Shown: piece by piece, positions 31,187 to 41,984 of the stretch
How positions within the stretch are numbered: the first letter of the stretch is position 1
Layout of the letters: every line of letters begins with the position of its first letter
DNA from: Hormiphora californensis
Lineage: Eukaryota; Animalia; Ctenophora
Direction of reading: 5' to 3'
Length of the DNA: 64,000 bases
NCBI GenBank assembly: GCA_020137815.1
Contig: CM035356.1
Span: 5,270,001-5,334,000 of the forward strand
Position numbers and translations under genes: made by a program
The notes under the pieces: generated by a model
What the model was told of the DNA's origin: nothing
The model's database searches: none
What the model saw: the letters and a program-made list of their open reading frames with translations, nothing else

Positions 31187-34100
31187 CAGAGACAGAGACA
31201 GAGACAGAGACAGACAGAGACTGCACTCGATAGGTGAATCACCTATCGAGTGCAGTCTCTGTCTGTCTCTGTCTCTCTGTCTCTCTGTCGCTGATCTAGC
31301 ATCCAGATGGTATATTCGTGCCACACAATTCTTCTGGACAAAGTGTTTTGCTCGTACGATTTGGCGCTGATCTACCATCCAGATGGTATATTCGTGCCAC
31401 GCAATTTTTCTATAAAAATTTTTTGTAAACGTTTACAACTCATTTTCTACTTTGAACATATACATACATATATATGATAAGGGTCTGAGAGATTTCTAGA
31501 ATTCTAGGAGGCTCTGAGGGGTATCTAGAATGGTCTAAGGAGTATCTGATGATTTCTGTGAAGAAAATAGGAGTATCTAGGGGTTTTTAGAGGTATAGAA
31601 AAAAATTTGAGAGACATTCTGGCAGGCGTATTTGAGATATAGATACCGCTAACTTTATCGGATACTCCTTACACACTAGTAGATATATCCCTCAGAGCCT
31701 GCTACATTATCTCGAGAGTATCTAGGAGGGTCAGAGGTATCTAATGATGAGGGACATCTTGCGGGAGGAGGAGGGGCTTTACTGGCATCCATTAAGATCT
31801 GATATATACCTAGCAGGGCGGGGTAGCTGAGCAGTATGATAGCTGAGAGATGGAATAGATGAGGGGATCAGGGCCGTGGGGTAGCTAACTGGTGGATTAG
31901 CTAACTCTAAGGGATAGGGACTTGGGTAGCTAAAAGATGGAGTAGCAGAGAGATTGGGTAGCTGATGGTGAGGTTACAACGGTATAGGTTTGCTGTGAGT
32001 GATGGGATAATTGAGCGATGAGGTAGCAGATATTGGTTGAGAAATGGGTCAGGAGAGCTGAGGGAAAAGCATTGTGTGACACGTATAATTATAACATTCT
32101 AGTCTTGTAATATTCGGTACACTAAATCGTGTAGGAGACAGAATGTAACCACACACTTCTACACAGTCTGGATACACCCCGACACACGGTACCCGCCCTC
32201 CCTGCCGACGGACCTCCCTGCCGACGGGTCGGCAGGGAGGTCATTCGGCAGGGAGGGCGGGATATAGGGGTATAATGTCCTACGTGCCGACGAGATTGGG
32301 ATGAGATCGCCGTCGGCACGTAGGACATTTGACCCCTATATTCCGCCCTCCCTGCCGAAAACTGACTCCGAGAGAGTATTCGGCAGGGAGGACATTTACC
32401 CCTCCTATTCACCCTCTGTACCGACGATCGGCAGGGAGGATATTTCACCCCTCCTTTTACCCTCTGTACCGACGATCGGTAGGGAGGGCGTTTCACTCCT
32501 TCTGTGAGCTCGAGAATTTGGCCGGCAGGCCAAATACGAAGAGTTCACTGTGTATTGTTCCTCTGAGTATCGTTAGGGTTAGGGTTAGGGTTAGGGTTAG
32601 GGTTAGGGCGGTGGTTAGGGTTAGGGTGGTGGTTAGGGCGGTGGTTAGGGTGATGGTTAGGGCGATGGTTTGGGTTATGGTTTCGAGAGGGTGAAAAGGA
32701 GGGGTAAATGTCCTCCCTGCCGATCGTCGGTAGTGAGGCTGAAAAGGAGGGGTAAATGTCCTCCCTGCCGACGGCCCTACTTGCCGATCGTCGGTACAGA
32801 GGGTAAAAGGAGGGGTAAAATGTCCTCCCTGCCGATCGTCGGTACAGAGGGTAAAAGGAGGGGTAAAATGTCCTCCCTGCCGACCGTCGGCACAGAGAGT
32901 AAAAGGAGGGGTAAAATGTCCTCCCTGCCGACGGCCCTCCCTGCCGATCGGTAGGGAGGTCCGTCGGCAGGGAGGGCAGAAAATAGGGGTATAATGTCCT
33001 ACGTGCCGACGGCGATCTCATCCCAATTTCGTCGGCACGTAGGACATTATACCCCCATATCCCGCCCTCCCTGCCGAATGACCTCCCTGCCGACCCGTCG
33101 GCAGGGAGGTCCGTCGGCAGGGAGGGGGTGACTCCCGACACACTCACAGTCCTCACACACAGCCCCCCTACGCGCTCTCATGGCAGAGAGAGAAAAAGCA
33201 GTACTCCGGAAAAAAGCAGTACTCCCTAAACTTCAATGTGTCAGCACTGTGACGCACCACACGAATTATGAGCATGATGTCCATCCCGCATCTCTACTGT
33301 CTACATTTTATGTCGGTTTTCAAAAAGAATTTCACTAGCTTCTTCAGCAGACAATTTCCAGATGGACATATCTCACCTTTTTTTGATTTTCGGGGTATTA
33401 CTCTCTTAGTGAGCCGGAGAAGTTGTCTAGGTTGACAAATATCGTGGTGTACAAAATCATGACAACTTTTACAAAAGAGCCCATAACCTAGCTTGTGTTT
33501 ATCCATTCAAGTTCGGGTTTGATCTAGAGTGTTAGGAATTGTCTGGGCTTGAACCTAGTGTGAATGATTATTCCTTAATCTAATTAGTGGCTGCGCTATG
33601 ACACGTGGAACTTGAAACATGCCCTGAACGCGCATCATTCCAGTGTTGCGACACACACACAGAGGGAAAAAAAGCAGTACTCCGGACAGGGGGTGAGTGG
33701 TTCTCTTTAGATCAATGAGCAAATTCTAACCTCTTTCCTTCTCTCCCTCCCAGACACACCAACGGTAGAGTATCAGTGCAGGAGCGGGACTATAACGCCG
33801 AGAACTTGAGTTATCTTGCTAACAACACTGATATATCTGACTCTCTCTCCTCCATATCTCTCTCCACCCTTAGCGAAGACAAACCTTTTGTAAGTTCAAT
33901 TATGCGAGATTAGATATTTTAATATTTTCAAATTGGATAACTCTTTTGTCAAACGTGTGTTCATAGTGACTCTATATTTTCTAGCCTCGACGAGTTTGGA
34001 ATGAGTCAGAGCGATTACCCTCCTGCATTATTCCTCGGCCCTCTACTGCTAAGAAGTCAGACCCTCTAAAGACGCTGAAGAAGTATGAGAACACCTGGAA

Positions 34101-34376
34101 CCACCACGCAGGTATTATAACCCTCCATTTTATAGTTTACATCCGACCATTATTCGCTTCCAATCAACTTGAGGATGATTTTTTTAGCAATAATTGCTAA
34201 AGTGTAAATCTAAATCTGACTCAATAATTTTGCAGTCCCTGGTGAGAAGCGACACACTGCCCTCCGTAGCGCCATCAGACGCCAGATGGCGGAATGTGAT
34301 GTTCAACCCTTCGTAGCACCCCAGCGAGATGTTTATGTGAACCGATACGAGGTAAGATAATTATAACGGATGTGTG

Positions 34377-34412
<36 letters not shown>

Positions 34413-34638
34413 GCACCGCCCGTCTATGTGGGTGCTAATTTCCCGTAAAGCCCTTTGTTTCACAGGCCGTCAGGGTCCGGGCTACAAAGTCTCTAACAAG
34501 CCGTTTCAGCCGGCTCGTTTCCTTGTTAACATATACCGATGTGAACAATACAATATTTTCTCCATATTATTTCAGGTTCCCACTGATAAGAAAAGGGAGC
34601 GGCTAAGGTGGGCTGTAAGGAACCAAATGATGGGATGA
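28758..34638 (+). CDS. HYLS1: Hydrolethalus syndrome protein 1 homologue (centriole/cilia)
   Basis: Six in-frame exons: 28758-28848, 28959-29085, 33754-33889, 33985-34111, 34236-34351, 34576-34638. N-terminal VIRHLQELGYYDISDDLLDVFVQDL; C-terminal HYLS1 box KKSDPLKTLKKYENTW...PGEKRHTALRSAIRRQM...YEVPTDKKRERLRWAVRNQM. An alternative ATG lies at 28746. Confidence 0.9.
30655..30879. mobile_element. Small MITE inserted in the inner part of the foldback element
   Basis: cagtggtcctcc...cgacgtgaaattcgac...tcgacctggaatgag, mirrored by ctcattccaggtcga...gtcgaatttcacgtcg...ggaggaccactg. Flanked by taa/tta at a site that is uninterrupted in the mirrored sequence at 31520-31550. Confidence 0.75.
32188..33134. 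mobile_element. 947-bp MITE (Mutator-like by its 8-10-bp TSD, best read as ccgacacac) with an internal (TTAGGG)n tract
   Basis: TSD ccgacacac at 32179-32187 and 33135-33143. The left foldback arm lacks the insert. Long imperfect TIRs are built from ccctccctgccgac modules; (GGGTTA)n and variants at 32572-32680. Confidence 0.9.
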
Positions 34639-35606
34639 GAGAGGAACTCGATGAATTGGGGCGCCGCCAGACCCCTCTTGATTCTCAAGCGATTCAGTGC
34701 CCTCAGATCGGGTCGGCGCCGCTAGACAGGAGATAATATACAGTAACAGTGTGGAAGCATGAGAAATACCGTTCTTTGGGACTTTAATTAATTTCGCATC
34801 TAGAACGAACTGCTATTCAAAAGGAATTGAATTGTTTCAGATATTCAAAGTGACAAACATGATTAGCTATTCGGGTGTATGATTGTTGCAGAGGATTGTG
34901 TTATTTTTACCAACAATAAAATTATTGACCCCGTATAAAATCTGCAAATCGTTAATTTGTTTGAACACTGTCATCATCCAATGCTCTGACCACAGTTCTC
35001 GCGTGCTCCGTGAGAAAAACGAGAATGGGTCAGGCTTGGGCACGTCGCGCCCCCCATGTTCGCGCGCCCGTAGGGCGATCCCCTCCTACGGGGCTTGCCT
35101 GCTTCGCAGGCAATGCTCTGACAGTTTGAACAACATAGTATGTGTGCAGTGTGCTGTGTGGTTCTGAGATAGAACAAAGTATCAAAGAACGAGTAGCCTG
35201 GTGTGTTTTGACTTAACAAAGTACCAAACACGTTATTTCAAATCAATTAAATAATATCAAAGCCAATATAACATGTGATTACAATCGATTGTAAATGCAA
35301 AATAAATAACCAGCGAGAATATAATTATATGACAACTCTGGGTGAATAGAAACATATTCATAATTATGATACCGTCATAAAAATAAAAGCTTAAAAAGCT
35401 ATAACTCCCGAAAGACGTCCTATGAAACGTCCTACGCAATGAATTCTAAAGTTCACAAATTGAATTAACACCTGTATGTACCCTCATTTCTCTTAATTAA
35501 CAGTGGTTATAGCGGTACATAACACTTTCTGAATTCGGAGTAATTTAGTGGCGTGTGCATATAGAATAAAAACCCCGGGATAGATTAAATTTTAATAGTC
35601 CAGCCC

Positions 35607-38600
35607 CTACAGTTCATCCTTTACATGTTGTTTGGCAGTGTGATGTTTCGCATCCAGTTGTGATAAAATGGATGATGCAGTTCCTGTCCTCAACTCCTGC
35701 CCTCTAATCTCCTGAAAATATGAAATTGTAGATAATACAATGCTTTTCTCTTTTTGTCAAAACTATCCAAATTGTTGTCAGGCACTGACTGTACAGTTGC
35801 GGGGTGTGCGATGTACAGTGTACATCGCACGCAAGTGCCCGGTGCGAAGAGGACGGTCTTATTTGAGACAACCAAATTAATAATTCTGCAATGTAAACGA
35901 CATATATACGCCAGCTGTTGTGTTTACCTGTTGTGTGCCAGTAGGGCTACCAGGATAATAAAATAGGGAGGGGAAGGCGGATAGCTTGGCCTGGTAGCAC
36001 AGATTGTAGTGCTGGTTACAATCAACCTTGCCCAGTGATAAAGTAGCCCCTTCTACAAGCCCAGATAACTGTTCCATCACAGCGGCAAACCTGGCATGGA
36101 GGGTGTGATACAAAATGGGTGCTATCAGCTGACAATGCTCTGACCGCGCAGTTCTCGCTCCAATACTCTGACAGAAAAAGAGGGAGAACAGCGGTCAGAG
36201 CATTGGCCATTGGCCTATGCCTGACAGGGGCAGTGATACTTGCATAGTAAGATTGACCCCCCCCCCTTTACAATTAGTTAACTAATTAATTATTAATTAC
36301 TCACTTCTGACATGGACCACATCCGGGAGTGTAAAATGAAATCAACCACGCCTTTGTCCCTGTAAGGACTTTATCAACAAATTGCCGGGGGTTAAGGGTT
36401 GCCACATCGGACGGAATGAAGGGTAGTGTCCACTGTTTGAGGTCGTTTAGTTGTCCCCATCCGTTGTATTGGACCGATGAGGAGGATCCCTTGTAGGCTC
36501 GTATGGAGGGGTAACCCCTTATGTTTTCCTCTTTGCAGATCTGAGGGAGTTTAGTTTTCTGTCAAGTGGGTATGTGCTTGGATTGCTAAAACACTAGGTA
36601 CACCTAAGTCTCGGCGACCGAGCGAGACAGCTGCAACAAACTAAGTAGTAAGTATAGTGTCAGTGAATGACATTATACAATAATAAGCTGCACAAGAATG
36701 AGGGAGAGAGAGGGAAAGAGTTGAGTAATTGTGGTCTCTCAGTGAGAGAGTCTCACCCCATACTCAACAAGGAGCTAGGAGGTACTGTGCTGTATGGCGG
36801 CGCCCCCATTTGATTCTCAAAGGGAACGACAGTACGCTCAGATGGGGTGGGCGGCGCCAGACAGGTAATGTGTAAATATCGATGTCCCGCACCTGTTTCT
36901 GAGTGGTACAGTCCACTTTAGCGACATGGACCTTTCCAGGCCATTCCGCCAGACTCCTAGCAAGGGTGTTCCAGGTTGGCTCTAACGCTCTACACGGGCC
37001 ACACCACGGAGAGTAGAAGTCTACAAACCAAACCTGGGCGTGTGTGGGTTAGGATGAACTTTAGGATGAACTTTAGTCAAGTTGCTACAACGTGTGATTA
37101 TATATCGCGGCTCCACCGTCAGAGCATTTCGGAGAACTGTGGTCAGAACATTGGCCTGACAGCGGCTCCCTAGAATTATACTCCATAGAATTGTTTGCTA
37201 TTTTCACACAAGCTACCGCACATGTAACACATGACTCCATACCTCTTTGTCCGTTCTACCCCTAACCCGATCCACCCAATGTTGATAGGAGGTAATCTGG
37301 ATGACAACGGGTCTGAGGATATCCGCTATGTAGGTGAGGATATCCCCTTTACTCTTGTAACCAGTGGACATATGGGGAACACTACTGTTGTAGACGATCA
37401 TGGTCGGGTAGCTCCTGATGTTCAACTGAGGTTGGGGAGAATTTAGTAGATTGATGGTTTGGTAAAACTGAGAGTAGTGGAATTTAGTAGAAGGAGATCG
37501 GTTTTGTAAACATTGAATTGTTCATAGTACTTTCTTTTTATTCTTAAAATCTCCCACACGTAACACAGTGTCAGGCGACTCAAGGTAAACACTAAAACTG
37601 AGAGTGGTGGAATTTAGTAATCAGTTGATGGTTTGGTATTGCTTACATTAACAGCTGCTTGGGTCGCCTGACCTGTGTCTGTATCAGTATGAATAATTCA
37701 AATAGCTACAATATTATTTCCCTATTTGCTACTGCATATAACCCCACAATTCTCCTAATTAAAAACTACCCACCCTAGTGCAGAGATCACTGTGTAAAGA
37801 CAGTCCAGGTCCGAATGTAGTTTTGATATCTGACACCTTTGCTGAGCCATAATTAAGAGATTTTCTCAAATTCAAACATGGGATACGAGTATTCTGCGAT
37901 TGGTATCGTGCACCAATAACAAGAGATCCCATAGCACCTCAAAAATTATGATTAGCTAAAAATGAGTTGATTTACGATTGAAAAGATTAAAACCAATGTA
38001 AATTCGGACTAAACGAACATTTTCAAGCGTGAATCAACTCATTTCATTTAGCTAATCATAATTTTTGAGGTGCTATGGGATCTCTTGTTATTGGTGCACG
38101 ATACCAATCGCAGAATACTCGTATCCCATGTTTGAATTTGAGAAAATCTTTTAATTATGGCTCAGCAAAGGTGTCAGATATCATAATGATCACATGGACA
38201 CCCACTAACTAGCCCGGAAACACGTTTTTACACCTCTCTGTCGTTTCAGGACATGGGCCAAACAAAACCCAAACCTTTTCGTCACTTTAGGGATGTTTGT
38301 TCCTGAATGAGTGGAATGAACTACCAAAAATGAAAAATGAACTTTGAGTTTTGACCTTGATTTTTCTTGTGAGCAAAGATCTCATCTTCACCAATGTTCA
38401 CCCAAACTTTTAAAAGGATTGAACTGAAAGTAGCGGTGATACAGCTGATTGAAAGTCGCAGGAATGGCCAAAATCATGCATTTGCATTTTCTCACCTGCC
38501 ATGCGATCCGGTGTTTCAATTTGATTTTTATGGTGCTCATTGGAAAGATAATTTCGAGCCAAAGAAAAGTTTTTTACTCAAGGTAAACAATATTTCAGAA

Positions 38601-41600
38601 TTCACGAATGAATGACAGGAATGTTCATTCATGAAAAATGAACTTTTGAAATTTAATTTAAAAACAAAGCCATCAGTTAGGAAGGAATTAATCCAGCACA
38701 CTCCCGTAGTTTGTTTTCACACAACTATCACCGTTTTTGCGTGACAGCTCGCCAACCGACCCACAGAATATATGGGACACAGCTGTTGTACCTGTTGTGT
38801 GCCAGTAGGGCTACCAGGATAATAAAATAGGGAGGGGAAGGCGGATAGTGTTGTGTTTACCTGTTGTGTGCCAGTAGGGCTACCAGGATAATAAAATAGG
38901 GAGGGGAAGGCGGATAGTTTTACCTGTTGTGTGCCAGTAGGGCTACCAGGATAATAAAATAGGGAGGGGAAGGCGGATAGTTTTACCTGTTGTGTGCCAG
39001 TAGGGCTACCAGGATAATAAAATAGGGAGGGGAAGGCGGATAGTTTTACCTGTTGTGTGCCAGTAGGGCTACCAGGATAATAAAATAGGGAGGGGAAGGC
39101 GGATAGTTTTACCTGTTGTGTGCCAGTAGGGCTACCAGGATAATAAAATAGGGAGGGGAAGGCGGATAGTTTTACCTGTTGTGTGCCAGTAGGGCTACCA
39201 GGATAATAAAATAGGGAGGGGAAGGCGGATAGTTTTACCTGTTGTGTGCCAGTAGGGCTACCAGGATAATAAAATAGGGAGGGGAAGGCGGATAGTTTTA
39301 CCTGTTGTGTGCCAGTAGGGCTACCAGGATAATAAAATAGGGAGGGGAAGGCGGTTAGTTTGGCTTGGTAGCACAGATTGTAGTGTTGATTGCAATCAAC
39401 CTTGCCCAGTGATATAGTAGCCCCTTCTACCAGCCAAGATAACTGTTCCATCACAGCGGCAAACCTGGCGGAGAGAGGAGGGTGTATTTGTTTGTTATTG
39501 CTGGATCTGGAGATGACCTGCCGAAAGAAAAGCAGTAGCGAGAGAAGGGTGTGATACAAAATGGGTGCTATCAGCTGACAATGCTCTGACCGCGCGGTTC
39601 TCGCTCCAATGCTATGGCAGAAAAAGAGGGAGAAGCTAGCGGTCAGAGCATTGGCCTATGCCTGACAGGGGCAATGATACTTGCATAGTAATATTAACCC
39701 CCCTTTACAATTAGTTAACTAATGAATTATTAATTACTCACTTCTGGCATGGACCACATCCGGGAGTGTAAAATGAAATCAACCACGCCTTTGTCCCTGT
39801 AAGGACTTTATCCACAAACTGCCGGGGGTTAAGGGTTGCCACATCGGACGGAATGAAGGGTAGTGTCCACTGTTTGAGGTCGTTTAGTTGTCCCCATCCG
39901 TTGTATTGGACCGATGAGGAGGATGACTTGTAGGCTCGTATGGAGGGGTAACCCCTTATGTTCTCCTCTTTGCAAATCTGAGGGAGTTTAGTTTTCTGTC
40001 AAGTGGGTATGTGTTTGGGTTGCTAAAACACCTAAGTCTCGGTGACCGAGCGAGACAGCTGCAACAAGTAGTAAGTATAGTGTCAGCGAATGACATTATA
40101 CAATAATAGGCTGCACAAGAATGAGGGAGAGAGAGGGAAAGAGTTGAGTAATTGTGGTCTCTCAGTGAGAGAGTCTCACCCCATACTCAACAAGGAGCTA
40201 GGGGGTACTGTGCTGTATGGCGGCGCCCCCATTTGATTCTCAAAGGGCACGACAGTGCGCTCAGATGGGGTGGGCGGCGCCAGACAGGTAATGTGTAAAT
40301 ATGTCCCGCACCTGTTTCTGAGTGGTACAGTCCACTTTAGCGACATGGACCTTTCCAGGCCATTCCGCCAGGCTCCTAGCTAGGGTGTTCCAGGTTGGCT
40401 CTAACGCTCGACATGGGCCACACCACGGAGAGTAGAAGTCTACAAACCAAACCTGGGCGTGTGTGGGTTAAGATGAACTTTAGGATGAACTTTAGTCAAG
40501 TTGCTACAACGTGTGATTATATATCGAGGCTCCACCGTCAGAGCATTTCGGAGCGTGCGAGAACTGTGGTCAGTTGTCCCCCTTACTCAGTGGTCAGAGC
40601 ATTGGCCTGCCAGCGGCTCCATAGAATTATACTCCATAGAATTATAGAATTATGGGGGGGGGGGGGCAAGGCCAAAAAAGCCAGATCAATCCCGGATTTT
40701 AGGGCGGGTTTTTGCTATTTTCACACAAGCTACCGCACATGTAACACATGACCCCATGTACATACCTCTTTGTCCGTTCTACCCCTAACCCGATCCACCC
40801 AATGTTGATAAGAGCTAATCTGGATGACAACGGGTCTGAGGATATCCGCTATGTAGGTGAGGATATCCCCTTTACTCTTGTAACCAGTGGACATGTGGGG
40901 AACACTACTGTTGTAGACAATCATGGTCGGGTAGCTCCTAATGTTCAACTGAGGGTGGGGAGAATTTAGTAATCAGTTGCTGGTTTGGTAAAACTGAGAG
41001 TAGTGGAATTTAGTAGAAGGAGATCGGTTTTGTAACCATTCAATTGTTCATAGTACTTTCTTTTTATTCTAAAAATCTCCCAAAAATTTGACTAGCTGAT
41101 ATGATAAGGGACTCTATAAAAAGTCCAAAGCACCATCCCACATGTGTGCACAGGTAAACACTAAAACTGAGGGTGGGGAGAATTTAGTAATCAGTTGATG
41201 GTTTGGTATTATTTACATTAACAGCTGCTTGGGTCGCCTGAACTGTGTCTGTATCAGTATGAACAATTCAATGAATAGCTACATGATTTCCATATTTGCT
41301 ACTGCATATAACCCCACAATTCTCCTAATTAAAAACTACCCACCTTTGTACAGAGATCGCTGTGTAAAGAACAATCCACGGTTCCGAATGTAAGTTTAGG
41401 TTGATCCTTAGCGGCCTCCCTCAGTTCCGGAAGGAGTTCCATACAGGGTGGGCACCAGGGGGCAAAGAAATCAATGACACTGCGGAGAGAGAGAGGTGTT
41501 GTGTGAGAAGGGACCAGGAGGAGGGGGTAGGAGAGGGGGGTAGGAGAGGGGGGGTAGGAGAGGGGGTAGGAGAGGTGTTGTGTGAGAAGGGGCCAGGGGA

Positions 41601-41938
41601 CAAATAGAAGGGAGGCAACTGGGGAGGGAGCCGGAGATAACTGGCAATATGGAGAGGGGGGAATAAAGAGAGGGAGTTGTCGCGGGTCAGGAGAGAGGGG
41701 GATTGTCGCGGGGGTAAGCGGACTCTAGTGCTAAAATCACGAAAAGCGAACTCGAGATTTCGGCCGTCAGGCCGGAAACGAGAGTTTGCTGTGCCTCTAT
41801 ACTCGTTTAGAAGTGTTAGGGCTGTTATTCGGGTTCGAGGTTAGGGGTTAGTGTAAAGGTTAGGGTTAGATATAGAGTCCTCCTTGGGTTTAGATATAGA
41901 GTCCGTTAGCACTAGAGTCCGCCTACCTGTCGCGGGTC

Positions 41939-41984
<46 letters not shown>

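Larger units (their letters stand above)
29366..33695. mobile_element. 4.33-kb non-autonomous foldback DNA transposon with CAC...GTG ends, 5-bp TSD (AGTGG) and ~1.19-kb inverted arms; Transib-like signature
   Basis: agtgg|caccccctgtccggagtactgc ... gcagtactccggacagggggtg|agtgg. 29366-~30553 is the near-perfect reverse complement of ~31553-33695 once the 32188-33143 insert is removed. No transposase ORF. Confidence 0.9.

Noticed and set aside
32572-32680. True telomere or chromosome-fusion scar
   Set aside because: Short, degenerate and enclosed in a MITE with a TSD.
38786-39360. CRISPR array or standalone repeat-protein ORF (38717-39559)
   Set aside because: Units are identical with no spacers and derive from a DNAJC10 exon end.
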